Shown here piece after piece: positions 11,970 to 25,400 of a stretch of DNA of 64,000 nt (its first letter is position 1; each line of letters begins with the position of its first letter). The translations under genes were made by a program, and so were the position numbers. The notes below the pieces were generated by a model that did not search any database, was not told the origin of the DNA, and saw nothing but the letters and a program-made list of their open reading frames with translations. Origin of the DNA: Chiloscyllium plagiosum (lineage: Eukaryota); the NCBI RefSeq assembly GCF_004010195.1, contig NC_057719.1, positions 39,968,872 to 40,032,871 on the forward strand. The letters are read 5' to 3'.

Positions 11970-12992
11970 TGTCAAATTACTATATAGGGGCACAGTTTAT
12001 GAGGGACATCTGGATGGGATTATCTTGAGTTACCCAGCTTTTCTGCGATGTTTGAACCGTTGCTGATTTTTAAAAACCTTTAGCAATTTTGGTTTGGAGC
12101 TGTGAATTAAGAATTGTGAATGGAAGATTACTTAACTCTGGAAAGCAGTTTGTGGTAAAAGGAAAATAACAGACCTAACAATCTCTGTTTATTTGAGAGG
12201 CCATGCCTAAAGGTTAATTTCAGGCATATTCTTGATTGAGTTTCTACAGAAACACTGACCTCGGACAAAGTATTGTATTTAAACAGGTAATAGAAGTTGG
12301 CTATTAACGAGGGCTGTACCTGAATTTATTCCGATTAAGTCTGGAAAGGACATGATATTCAAACATTCCTGCTGAGGCCTCAGGAAAAGACAATTTCTCA
12401 GGGTGGAACCAGAGTTAGTTGTTTATTGAACATTTTTTCTGGGAGATGTTTGGTTGCTGATGATGCAGCATGAAGATTTGAAAGCTCCATGCCTAATCTC
12501 CCTCATCAGCTTTTGGAAGCCCAAAGAGAAGAAAGCTGAGTTGGAAGTATTACTACCTGTACTTGAGAGAACTGAAAAGGTGATCCTGATCAGCGTTCCC
12601 AGAAAGAAACCAAGGAGTCTAAGTCTATGCCTGTGAAACATGCATTGTAATCTGGCCAGTTGAGTTTTTAAAAAAATTATCCCTTAACTGTGTTTGTCTT
12701 TTGTGTGAATGGGTGATTGAAGGCAAATGCTTTGGGTTTAAAGTGTAAACCTTAATTAGATTACATTGTGTAATTTCTTCTCTGCTAAAGTTACTGTACA
12801 TTTAATAAATTAAGCCTTGTTTAAGATTCAAAACTGGTGTCTGGACTTAATTGTTAAGTCTGGTATTGGTTATTCAAAAGTCTGGTTAGAAATCATTGGA
12901 GTAACTATTTGAGAACCTTTGAAGGTTTTTGCTCAGTTGTGAACACACAGACAGAAAAGCCTATTTGGTTTGGCTATCTTGGTGTCATAACA
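11970..12992 (+). mobile_element. Possible solo LTR
   Basis: Begins TGT, ends CATAACA, with AATAAA near 12823 region. Shares an AAAC..GTGTCTGGA motif with the reverse complement of ~27520. Boundaries are uncertain. Confidence 0.3.
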
Positions 12993-13249
12993 GTGAGTAC
13001 CTCATCAGAAGATTGTCTGCTCAGTTGCAGTTTAATAAACAAAGTTACTCTAGTTAATTGCTAACCACAGAGAAACAGGACTGATGCAAATTTGTGTGTT
13101 TTTAATTGTGATTAATCATAATGGTGATAGACTAAAGCAACCTTTCTGGCACTTGAAATTTCACTTCTGTAAAATTTATTTAAATGCTATAGGAACAATA
13201 TTTGTTTCTGAGATTTAAAATAAAACTCTTTCTGTCGCAGAATTGTTTG

Positions 13250-14355
13250 AGTTGAAGAGTATGTTGCTAGAAAAGCACATATGGTCAGGCAGCATCCAAG
13301 AAGCAGGAGCGTCAATGTTTCATGCATATCAGGAATGANNNNNNNNNNNNNNNNNNNNNNNNNNNNNNNNNNNNNNNNNNNNNNNNNNNNNNNNNNNNNN
13401 NNNNNNNNNNNNNNNNNNNNNNNNNNNNNNNNNNNNNNNNNNNNNNNNNNNNNNNNNNNNNNNNNNNNNNNNNNNNNNNNNNNNNNNNNNNNNNNNNNNN
13501 NNNNNNNNNNNNNNNNNNNNNNNNNNNNNNNNNNNNNNNNNNNNNNNNNNNNNNNNNNNNNNNNNNNNNNNNNNNNNNNNNNNNNNNNNNNNNNNNNNNN
13601 GCACGCTAAGAGATAAATGGGAGGGGGTGGGGCAGGAGAGATGGTAGCTGGGAATGAAGGTGGGGGTGAAAGTGATAGATCGGAGAGGAAGCTGAAGCAT
13701 TTAGATGAGAAGGAAGATGAACAGGTATGACCATTCAAGAGAGTGGTGCTGAGTTGGAAGTTTGAGACCTGGATAAGGTGGGGGAGGGGAAATGGGGGAT
13801 GTGGTGAAATCCACATTGATCCTGTGTCGTTGGAGGGTCACAAGATGGAAGATGAGGCGTTCTTCCTCCATGTATCAGGTGGTTAGGGTTTGGTGATGGA
13901 GGCCCAGATCTTACATGTCCTTGGCGGAGTGGGAGGGGGATTTAGTGTTTAGCCATAGGGCAGTGGGGTTGTTAAGTGTGGGTGTCCCAGAGATGTTCTC
14001 TGAAACAATCTACAAGTTGGCAGCCTGTCTCCCCAATGCATCCAATGTGGTAACATATCATCTACTGCATCCATTGCACCTGATGTGGTAAACCCTGCTG
14101 ATCCTCCCCTTCCACCCCACCAACCTCTGGATACACCTCATCACACTCTGCTATTTCTGCCACCTACAAACAGACCACACCACCAGATATATTTTCCTCC
14201 CCACCTCTATCTGCATTTCAGAGAGGCTATTCCCTCCGTGACTGCCCAAAATGTTGATTCTCCTGCTCCTTTGATACTACTTGACTTGCTGTGTTTTTCT
14301 AGCACCGCACTCTTCGACTCTGATCTCCAGCAACTACAGTCCTCACTTTCTCCTA
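13250..14355. mobile_element. Degenerate Penelope-like element with a GIY-YIG endonuclease remnant and inverted structure, spanning the gap
   Basis: Minus-strand 13800-14040 reads IGETGCQLVDCFREHL...EEERLIFHL...INVDF with stops. The plus strand reads IIYCIHCT. Terminal repeats of the 1715/56897 family lie at both ends. Confidence 0.7.
13339..13600. other. Assembly gap (262 N)
   Basis: Run of n. Confidence 1.
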
Positions 14356-16013
14356 GAATTGTTTCACTTTACTACAATTTGTAGATGATTTAAATCTAAT
14401 TTGTATTTTTGAGACTCTTTGGTTTTTCTGTCTGATAGGAGAGCCCTGTTCCACATGTTACAGATCTTCTATAGAGGTTGCTGTGCTGGATCAGACACTT
14501 GGTGACAAGAAGTTGCAATTCAGAAGAATGTGACAGTAGTGGATAGCTGTCAGTTTAGCAAGAAACATACACCATTCCTTCAGCACTGACTGCAAAAGCT
14601 TAGCTATTACGTTACCAGGAAAACAACCTTGTTCTTTCCGTGATAGCAATCATAATATGCAGGATATATCCTCAATGTACTCAGACTAGTAACTAACATC
14701 AAATGGATTCGTTTGTTTGAAATTGAGTTCTTATAAGTAAAGGCAAAAGATTAATTTATGAAAGTTATCATAGTCCCAGATGAGATACTTTGTAGTAGAG
14801 AGAGTTTAATCTGAGGTTGAGAGTGAGGTTAGGAAAGTGTGCCTTCATGGTGCTGCTAGCACCACAAGACAGAGCGAATTTCCTGTTTTGCAAGTCACTG
14901 GAACAGACACACTAGGTCAGTTGGCTTCCTGTGCTCTATATTTCTATGATTTGATATATTTATCTTAAAATTGAAATTCTACCAAGCTGCCCTTAAAATA
15001 TGATTAAAAACTTGCAACGATAATTAGTGTACCTTAGAATTGGCAATTTAATTTTTAAAATTGTTACATGCATCTAAACTACCTTTTGTTCAGCTAGCAC
15101 ATGTAATCAGTTATTTTGTTTTTAGTTGATACATCACTTATGCTCTGCAACACCCGATTTAACAATTTTTTAAAAATCAGGTGTCTTTTGCTTACAGCTG
15201 TGCAGCTGATCTATTCTTTAAAACTATGGTATGCTTTACCTGAGAAATAAACTACACGTTGTGTAGCACCTGAGCATGTATCATGAAAAGTGTTGTAAAA
15301 GTATAAGTTGTTATTGCATCAGTTCATGTACTATATAACACCCATCACCAATTCCATCTTATCTGGGAATGCTAGCACAGTGGTAAACAAACTAGACTAG
15401 TAATCCAGGGTCCCTGATAAATGCTGTGGAAACATGAATTCAAATTCCACACAGAGGATAGTGTGAAGCTCCATAGGCTGTGGCATTGCCAGCATGCTGA
15501 ATACGTTTCATTCTGAATAAACAAAGGAGAAAGTGTTGTGGTCCGTCATGAGCAACAGCAGTGCATTTAACCACTGCCTATAACCTAACAACCCAATCTA
15601 CTCCCTCAATCTACCATTGCCATCTATCCAAACAACCAACTCCGGCTTAATGAGACGTGAAGGAGAGTACACGGAGAGCAGTATCCAGCATACATTAAAA
15701 CGTAAAGTGCAATCTATGAAATTACAATACAGGTGAGTGGTGTAAGTATGCAATAAGGCAGTCCAAGCAATGGATCAGTTTAAAACTCTGCAGATGTGCC
15801 ACATCCAGGTCCAAATGGTGCTGAATAATTAACTGGAGAAACCAGATCCACACCTATTCCAATGCACAACACTGGTAAAGTGTTTTACATTTATACTGAA
15901 TAAGATGTTTGCAGCCATCTTCAGCTAGATGTACTGAGCAATCTTGAGGTCACCAGAGTTGTCCCCACCTGCTAGTCTTCAGCCCATTTGATTGTTATAA
16001 GAAGTTGTAGACA

Positions 16014-16320
16014 TGGATACAGCAAAGGCTCAGTGGTTAGTACTGCTGCCTCACAGATCCAGGTTCGATTCCAGCCTTGGGTGACTGTGTGGAGTTTGCA
16101 CATTCTCCCTGTGTCTGCATGGGTTTTCTCTGGATGCTCCGGTTTCCTCCCACAGTCCAAAGATGTGCAGTTCAGGTGGACTGGCTATGCTAAATTGCCC
16201 GTAGTGCTAAGTGCATTAGTCAGAGGGAAATGGGTCTGGGTGGGTTATTCTTCGAAGGGTCAGTATGGACTGGTTGGGCCGAAAGGCCTGTTTCCACACT
16301 GTAGGGAATCTAATCTAAAA
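16014..16320 (+). mobile_element. HE1-like SINE
   Basis: GGCTCAGTGGTTAG A box, GGTTCGATTCC B box, shared core and tail. Confidence 0.85.
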
Positions 16321-17129
16321 TAGCTAAAAGGCTATTGGCCCTGACAACCATTGCTGACAAGGCACTTCATCAAAAGCCTTTTTAATATCTACATCCACCA
16401 ACCTGAAAATATACCATATCAACCACATGACTCTGCCAACCCTTTCCATTACCTTGTCAAAAAAAACCACCAAGGGTGTTAACTAAATTTGACCAAGAGT
16501 TTCGTTATTTTTGTCCTGTATTATTGTCTTTGAAAGCTTTCCCACAGCCTAGATTCAATTGACTGTCCTATAAGAACTGGGTTTATTTTTATGTCCTTTT
16601 TGAATAGGTGTTTAGCAATAGAATAGTGATTCAATACAGGTTATTTTTAATGCCTAATATAACAGCCAGAACATTGTTTTGATATAGATGCTAAAGGATA
16701 CTGGCATACAAATAAATGTGTGTGATGGAACACCAAAAGCAATGCCTATATATCTTGAGACCTGTCTTATTGGCAAATTCACTCAATAAAATAGTCCTGA
16801 AGACTTTGCACCAATGAGCAATTTATGATGTCTATGCAGTCACCACTCGAATGAAAGTTCAGAAGTTTGCACAAGCTAAAACTTTCAGTGGGACAAGTTT
16901 CTTGAAATTATTAAATCAGTTTATATGAAACAACAGACAGATTTAAACATACTCAAGTTGAATCCTGTAATCAAATCTCCATTTTCACTTTTCTAACAAG
17001 GTTTAGATGAGCCCAATTTACCAGAACGTTAAAAATTTTATTCTGGAAGGAAGAAGTGGAGAAATACAGGCAATTGATAAGAGTTCAAAATTCACCAAGA
17101 TAAAGTGCTGTATAGAAAGTCAAGTGTTA

Positions 17130-18220
17130 AAATCGACATGGCACCAGGACTGGATGAGGACTTTGAAAAAAAAGTATGGAAATTGTAGGTGCACTGGCTG
17201 TAACCCTTCAGTCTTTCCTGGACTCTGAGGTGCCAGAAAATTGGAAAATTGCAAACATTATAGCCTTGTTCAAGAAGGATAAGTAAAGCAATTACAGACC
17301 AGTCAGTTTATTTTCAATTGAAAACAAAAAATGCTGGAGATCACAGTAGACCAGGCAGCATCTATGGAGAGAAAGCAGGCTAATATTTTGAGTCTAGATG
17401 ACTGTTCATCAGAGCCCCAAGTTTATTTTCAATGTTGGGGAAGCTCCCAGAAACAATTATTTGATATAGAATTGGAAATTACAGAGAAAAAGTAGAGCTG
17501 ATTAGGAATAGCATGATTTTGAAAGGGAAAATCATGCTTGACTTAGTTTTATTAAGGGATAACATAAAAGCTTATTGAGGGTAACATTGTTGTACATGGA
17601 CTTAAACAAGTCATTTGATAGTGTCTCTCGCACAACCGCTCATGAAAATTATGTGGAATAAAAGAAAGTAGTAAGAAGGATATAAAACGGGCAGAGTGAT
17701 AGGAAACAGAGTAATGGTCCAATAGATATTTTTCTGGCTTGAAGAAGGTTTGAAATGAGTTCCTCAGGGATCAGTATTGGAACTCTTGCTTTCTCTGATT
17801 ACTGTATGTATTAATGACCTATATTTTTGAATGCAGGAGGCAATTTCAAAGTTTGCAGATGACTCAAAACTTGGAAGAATTATAAACTGTGAGGTCTGTA
17901 TAGAACTCTGAAAGAATATAGGCAAGTTGATGGAGTGGGTAGATGGGTAGCAGACAGGGTTCAATGCAGAGAAGTGGGAGGTGATGCATTTTGATGGGAA
18001 GAACATTAAAAACATTAAAAAAAAGGGGGGGGGTTTCAATTCTATACAGGATGGAACAACAAAAGGACCTGGTTGGAAATGTGTCCAGATCACTGATGAT
18101 GGCAGAACAGTATGAGTGATTAATTAAAGTGTACATACCTTCAGCTTCATTAAAAAGAGCACAAGAGCAAGGAGGTGGATGTTGACAGTGTATCAGATGC
18201 TCCATACCTCAGCTGGAGTA
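17130..18220 (+). mobile_element. CR1-clade LINE RT remnant
   Basis: Degenerate PENWKIANI..LFKK, GSVLELL, SKFADDSKL motifs. Confidence 0.75.
17319..17419. mobile_element. Degenerate Penelope-type terminal repeat inserted in a CR1
   Basis: 14-bp TSD AGTTTATTTTCAAT at 17305-17318 and 17420-17433. Confidence 0.65.
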
Positions 18221-19781
18221 GATTCATACAGCACAGAAAAGGCCCTTCAGTCAATCAAGCCTACTCTGACACAACTACCACTATAAGTACACTTATCTTA
18301 ATTTCTTGCACTTGTCCCAAATCCTTGAATGTTGTGATATTTGAAGTACTCATCCAAATTTTTTTTTAACAAGTTCTAAGATTTCCAGCCTCCACTACCT
18401 TCCAAGTTAGTGCATTCAAGATTCCCACCACCTGCTGAGTGAAACAGTTTTCTTCCCAAAACCCCTCTGAATCTCCTGCCCCTTACCTGAAACAATGCAC
18501 TCTTGTTGTGATTGACCCTTCAACTAAGGGGAACAGCTAATCTCTATTCACCCTGTCCATACCCCTCATAATCGTATACACCTCAATCATGTTCACCTCA
18601 GTTTTCACTGCTCTAAAGAAAACAATCCAAATCTATCTAATCTCCCCATCCCAGGCAACACCCTGGTGAACCTGCTCTGTATTCCCTCTAGTGCTATCAC
18701 ATCCTTCCTGTAGTGAGGTGACCAGAACTGCACACAGTACTCCAGTTGTGGCCTAACCAACACTCTATACAACTCCAACATTACCTCCTTGTTCTTATGC
18801 TCTACACCACGACTGATTAAATCAAGCGTCCCATATGCCTTCTTAACTATCCTATTCATTTGCTCTGTTGATTTCAGAGATCTGTGAACAATTACCCCAA
18901 GATCCATCTGTTCCTGCCACTCAATAATACATCCTCATTTTGTTTCTTCTTCCAAAATCACCCTGGTAAAATACCATCTGCCGCTGGTCTGCCCATCTTA
19001 CCAACTTATCTATACCTTCCTGTAACCTACAACCATCTTCTTCGCTATTAACCACTCTACCAATCTTGGTGTCATTTGCAAATTTGCTTAATATTCCCCC
19101 CACATTTTCATCTGTATCATTTATGTACATAACAAAAAATGAGGTCCCAGTACTGATCCTTGTGATATACCACTGGACACCAGTCTCAAGTCAAACAGCC
19201 TTCTACCACTACCCTTTATATGAGTTTCTGACCTATCTCTCCATATTTCCCTCAATTCCAAGTGCTTTAACCTCCTCAATCAGTCTCCCTTATCAAAAGC
19301 TTTGTTAAAATCCATATAAACATCATCAAATAAACTTCCCTCATCCACACACGATGTGTTTTCAAAACATTTAACAAATTTGTTAGGCATGATCTCTCTC
19401 TGACCAAGCTATGCTGACTACCCCTAATTAACCCATGCCTTTCCAAACAGGTATTAATTCGCTCCTTCAGAATTTTCTCCAGTAATTTCCTGACCACTGA
19501 TGTGAGACTCAGAGGTCTGTAATTTTCTGGTTCATCTCTACCAACTCTCTTAAAAAGTGGAACCAGATTAGCCATCCTCCAGTCCTCTGGCACTTCCTCT
19601 GTGGCCATCGAGGAATTAAAAACTTGTGTCAGAACCCCTGCAATTTCCTGCCTTGTCTCCCCACATCAGCCTGGAAAGCAATTCATCTGGGCCAGGGGTC
19701 TTTTGTGTTAAGCCTGACAGAGCCTTCAATACCTCCCCATTTCCCATGTCAAACTGCAAGTTCCTCACAGTCCCTTTTCCT

Positions 19782-20163
19782 CGGAGTGGGACCATTCGGC
19801 GCGGTCGGTTTGGCGCGACACATTTCGGCGCAGAACTGCTTTGCAGTTATTCAGTAGTAGTTATTAAACTACTATTATTAAAATTATTAAAATATTTTAA
19901 AATAAAACATATTAATATACAAATTATTAAAATAAAATAAAACTCATTAAAATGCCATCAACAATTTTGTATTTGCCTTATTTCTTTCATTTTTATTTTC
20001 TTTTTAACATTTTTACTGAAGACGATAAACATTATTTTCCTTTTTATTGCTTTCATTAATGCTTGCAACTAAGCCTGAAAAGGAATAAATAAGAGCTGCG
20101 CCGAAATGGGTCTGTGCTGAAATGGGTCGCGCCAAACCGGCCGCGCTGAATGGTCCTACACCC
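19782..20163. mobile_element. Non-autonomous TIR DNA transposon (MITE), Mutator/MULE-like
   Basis: ~50-bp CpG-rich imperfect TIRs, very AT-rich core, 9-bp TSD CCTTTTCCT at 19773-19781 and 20164-20172. Confidence 0.75.
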
Positions 20164-20321
20164 CCTTTTCCTGAATTCAGTATATACATTCTCCTTTTCC
20201 TGAGTGAAGACCAAAGAGAAGTATTCATTTAACACCTTTTGCAAACAGGTTGCCAGCTTGGTTCCTAATGGGCTCTCCTCTTTTCCTGGTCAACCTCTTC
20301 CCTTCACTGTATTTATAAAAT

Positions 20322-20635
20322 ATTAGATTAGATTCCCCACAGTGTGGAAACAGGCCCTTTGGCCCAAGAAGTCCACATTGACCCTCCGAAGAGTAACCCA
20401 CCCAGGCCAATTTCCCTCTCAATAATGTATCAAACACTATAGGCAATTTAGCATGACCAATCCATCAGACCCGCACATCTTGGATTGTGGGAGGAAACTG
20501 GAGCACCCGGAGGAAACCCACACATACATGGGGAGAATGTGCAGACTCCATAGTCCGTCGCCTGACGTTGCAATCAAAGCCAGGTCCCTGGCGCTGTGAG
20601 GCAGCAGTGCTAACCATTGAGCCACTGTGCTGTCC
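20322..20635 (-). mobile_element. HE1-like SINE
   Basis: Same family. Confidence 0.85.
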
Positions 20636-20734
20636 TAAATATAAAATGTATCTTAGGATACTCGCCCTAATCCAGTTGTAAGTCCTTTTCACGCTCCTTT
20701 TTTGCTTTTCTAATTGCTTTCTTCTGCATTCTGT

Positions 20735-21065
20735 ACAGTGTAGAAAGGAGGGAGTACAGAAACAATTTACAAGAATGGTTCCAGGAATGAGAAATTTAAG
20801 CTACGAGGACAGATATAAGTTGTTGTGATCCTTTTTCTTGTAAAGAAGGTTGAGTGAAGATCCAATAGAGGTTTTCAAACTTATGAGGGAGCTGGATAGA
20901 CGAGATAAGGTAAACTGTTCCTGCTCGTAAAAAGGATGAAGAATTAGAGCGCACTGATTTAAACTGATTTGCAAAAGAAGCAAATATGAGGTGAGAAAAA
21001 TTTTCTAAATTAGCTAGAGTTAGGTATGCACTGCTTGGAAGTGTGGTGGAGGCAAGTTCAGCATA
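20735..21065 (+). mobile_element. CR1 3' fragment
   Basis: EGVQKQFTRMVPGM-like start followed by CR1 ORF2 C-terminal sequence. Confidence 0.65.
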
Positions 21066-21217
21066 ATAGGCCAAAAGGTCTCTGTGCCATAACACTATGA
21101 ATGTCTGAATTCTGTTATTCAAATTCTGTTAGATGGTCCAAATTAAAGCTATGGTAATACTATTGGTTTATCACACTTAAGCTTTTTTTGGATTTGGAAA
21201 AGAATGAGTTAACAGAA

Positions 21218-21562
21218 TGGTGGTAGCATGGTGGCTCAGTGGTTAGCACTGCTGCCTCACGGCACCAAGGACCCGGGTTGGAATCCAGTCTTGGGCGACA
21301 GTCTGAGGGGACTTTGCACATTCTCCCTATATCTGCGTGGGTTTCCTCCTGGTGCTCCAGTTTCCTCCTGCAGTCCAAAGATGTGCAGGTTAGGTGGACA
21401 GTAAATTGCCCATTGTGTCCAGGTTTGTGCAGGCTAGGTTAGCCATGGGAAATGTAGGGTTACAGGGATGGGATGGGTCTGGGTGGGATGCTCTTCAGAG
21501 GGTCGGTGTGGACTCGATGGTCTGAATGGCCTGCTTCCACACTAGGGATTGTATGGTTCTAG
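21218..21562 (+). mobile_element. HE1-like SINE
   Basis: Same family. Confidence 0.85.
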
Positions 21563-24500
21563 AATTAAAATTGCACTTCTTTATAAATGCAAGATCGAAT
21601 GGCACATCTGTGGTTTTGACCTTTAATGCTATTCCAATTTTAAAAAATCCTAACTTTCTCTACATTCACCGTAAAGTCTTACAAAACAATATCTGTGGAA
21701 AATAACCCCAAAGTTTAGCTTTAAGTTAGCAACAAAGATGATTTTAGTAATCTTAATTCATTGCTCATCAAATACCCAAGTTAAATCCTACAGTGGCATT
21801 AGGATTGTCTGTAGTTTCCTTGAAACAAGACAGCAATGATTTTAGTGATTGGGAGAAGCTTGCTAATACTCAATGACATAACTTGTTAATTATGCTGCAT
21901 CATGCTTTGAATTGCAGTATCTTAATGACGAAGTAGTGACAGCCGAGATGAAAAGATAAGAAGCAAATTTAAAGAAAGTTCTTCAGTATTAGCTAAATCT
22001 ACTTTAAATATACACCTATGGCGTATATCCTTCCTTAAACAAGGGAACCAAGATGTGCATACAATGTTCCAGCTACAGTGTCAACTAGGTTCCACACAAT
22101 TGAAGTAGGATATCTTTGCTCCTGTACTCTTATTCTCTCACAGGAAAGGCCAACATTCTGCTTGCCTTCCTAACTGCAACTACACTTGCAGATTAGCTTT
22201 CAATGACTTATGAACAAGGATACCAACGTTCATTTGGACAGAAATGGTAAAAGATTGGGAAGTATTCAAGAAACACTCTGTTCATCATCACATTATCCAT
22301 GTTATATTCCTTTCACAATGACCTACTTGCTCACTCAGCCTGTCCAAATTCCCCAGAAACCTCTGAATTATCCTCACAATACACATTTGTACATAAAATC
22401 CCATCTCAGGAACCTTTTAGGGAAGGAAATCTGCCATCCTTAACTAGTCTGGCCTGCACATGATTCAGATCCATAGCAATAACTTTTAATTATCCTCTAG
22501 ATTCCTCTATGGCCCGAGTGAGCCACTTAAATCAAGGGGCAATTGGGGATGAGTAATAAATGTTGACCCAGCCAGCAATGCCCACATCTAAATTAAAGAA
22601 TCAACCAAGTTGTGTACATGTTCAAAGCCTGGATAAACCCTCACTCCACACTATCCTCCCCCAAAACCAAATAAGTATGCCCATGAACTGTACTGGAGGC
22701 AACTCCCCTGTGACGTTATGACATGTTGCATTGCTTGCTGCAGATTCAATCTGCCTGGCATAAAGGCCATGTGGTGCAAGTGCTAAACTGACCTGGCACA
22801 CACACGGATGTACACGCTGTCACCTGAGGTCTGCTGTTTAGCAGGACCATCTGCCTGGTTGTCTGACTGGCAAATGGCAATGCAAGACACAGCCATCTCA
22901 CCCGAATCTACCACTTATCTTGATAGCCATGCTGTTCAGAGCCTGTTAAGATTCCAACCCAAAGTAATTATTTAGCTTCTCTGCCATGTCCCTATTTCTA
23001 ACTGTAAATTCTCACATTTCTACCTGTAATGGACTCACATTTGCCTTTGCCAATCTTCTCCTTTTAACTCAGCAGTGACATCTTTTAACAGTCCATCTTT
23101 ATCTTCCATGCTAGCTTACATTCATTCTATGCTACCTTGATCAGTTTCTTGGTCGTCCTTAGGTGAATGTGAAAATGCTCCAAATTCTCAGGCTAACTAA
23201 TTTTTCTGCAACTTTTTTATCCTCTTCCTTTGATCTAATGATGGGTAGAATGAGGTACTAAGAGTAAGCTGAATAGGGAAAGACTGCATTTATTCAGCAC
23301 AGGTTCCAAAGAAATGAGCTCTCTCCTTATCGCATAAGTTGCACAGGAATTTGCTAACAATAGCATTAAAGGCAACAGGCCACCATTGCACACCCAGACC
23401 ACCATGATCAAATCCCACCATTAACCTCCCAAAAAGCTACCCAAAAATAAGTGTTCAGCAAATACTGAGACCAGAAAACCACCACATGTTGCATCAGTAT
23501 TTCTTCCAAGTTATCTAAATGACAAAATAACTATTGGAACAGATGTCTGCAAACCTTTGATTTATTTTGATATATACATATATAAAAGTACTACTTCACA
23601 AATCATGAACTTGCACTTTTACATTGCAGTGTATGTGTAAACTGCATTATGATTATATTACCAATTTAACAGCCCGGATTTATTCTGGATAAACGTAATT
23701 CTAACATTTTATTACAAATCTGAAAAATACATCCAAGGAGAATTCAGCTTGTATGCTTGAAACAACAATTAAACCCACTGACAACCCTGGAATCAGTTCC
23801 CTTACTTCTGTTAGTACTGGAAAGGCCTTCATAATGCAGAAATTAAATTTACCCTGACAGATAATAAACATTTCACGTGAGCAGCTAGCACAGCTTCAGG
23901 GGTTAGAAATCAATATTATTGTTTTAAATAATTTAGACTGTGCAAAGTAATATTTATGGCTTTTGTGATTTGGTTAATGTAAGAAATCAGCATGTAAAGT
24001 AAATGCATACAGGTGACCAGAAGATAATTACTGTATATATACTGTCTATACTGTAGGACATGTGTAATAACAGGAAACTTTTTCAGAAAATAAAAGTCAA
24101 CTCTACATTCTATTGGTCTCAAATAGGGTATTTCAATTAAATTATTAATATTAGGGATTTTGTTTGCTTATTGAACTCAACATTTGGATCTGATCAAAGA
24201 TCATCTGCTGTGTTGCAGAATCTTCTTTAAATATCACAATCATTTCTGTTTAATGTTTAATCAGCAACTGACCATTTGGAGGGAGCAGTCTTATTTAAGT
24301 TGGAATACTGGTTCTAAAGCACATAAAACTTTTATTTAAACGGCAATAATTTAAATCATTTGCAAAGAAAAGAAGTGATCATTGAATGTTGATCAATCAA
24401 AAATGAGATTATCCTTGAACTAAGAGTAGTTTGGAAGTATTTTGCATATTTACTATAATTTTAAAGAAACAAAATCTATATTGTAGAAGTTAATTTTTTC

Positions 24501-25134
24501 AAAGACTAGCTCGTAGAACATACAACAGTCACATGTTTAGTACCATGACTGACTAATCAGCTTGAGAATTCTTTATCAATTTTCATGCAATGCAGCAGAT
24601 ATCAAAGAACAACTTAGGATTGAAAATGTTGACTTACTACGTAACCCCCATTGGAAGAATTTTTAAAAGGATTAATTCACAGTTTCTAAAAAAAAAAGGA
24701 GGTTCTGATTTTAAAGACCCAGACTCTGAAAGTTTGTCAAGACATCAGAAAAATCAGAGCATTACAGCAGTCGAATGGGGGGAGAAAAGAATATTTTGAA
24801 TATTAGGAATGTCATATCTTAGGTACATAATGTTACTACAGTCAGAGAAAACTTGCAAAATAATGTAATAAAATGTTAATAATATTTTGATAAAATCTGC
24901 CTATTTAATTTCATATAAGCAGAACTTTCAGCAATGCAATGATTAGAAATTAACACAATTAATGGAACTAGAAATGGTGACCCTTCTAGAACTGCCATAT
25001 TGATCTATATTGGTTAAAGTCAGACCCTTTAAATGAAACAGAGTGACTTCTTTTGGGCAGACTGGACCAGCCAGCAATATTAAATTCATTTGTATATGAA
25101 CGGTGACTGGCAATGAAGCAAGAGTATTGAGGGG

Positions 25135-25330
25135 AAACAGAACATGCTAAGAAACCAGCAGGTCTGGCACAATCTGTGGGAGAAAATAAAAATAACAGTC
25201 CAAAGGTTATTCTTCGGAAAGTTCCAAGCTCTATTTCTCACAACAAATGTTGCCAGACTTGCTGAGTTTCTCCAGAACCTTCTGTTCCTATTTCAGATTT
25301 CCAGCATCCACAATATTTTGCTTTCAGAAA
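25135..25330. mobile_element. Degenerate palindromic Penelope-type insert just 3' of the XRCC3 stop
   Basis: CAGCAGGTCTGGCA... / ...TGCCAGACTTGCTG inverted arms. Confidence 0.6.
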
Positions 25331-25400
25331 ATACTGAAAATAAGTTTGGGAAAAATAAAAATAGAGGAGAAAGAAAATACAGATTTTCCAATGGCCCCGG

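Larger units (their letters stand above)
18330..20730 (-). mobile_element. CR1-clade LINE ORF2 remnant interrupted by a MITE and a SINE
   Basis: ORFs 19276..19608 (VPEDWRMANLVPLFK..NYRPLSLTS), 18921..19130 (SKFANDTKIG) and 18605..18907 (LVRPQLEYCVQFWSP). Confidence 0.9.

Noticed and set aside
13187..13816. Long ORFs in the track
   Set aside because: They run through the N gap.
15972..16323. Recurrent short ORFs ([16 protein letters not shown]..., MVSTAASQ..., [11 protein letters not shown]...)
   Set aside because: Translations of SINE copies, not genes.
18605..19608. Functional reverse transcriptase gene
   Set aside because: Frameshifted CR1 remnant; the catalytic motif reads FAND rather than FADD.
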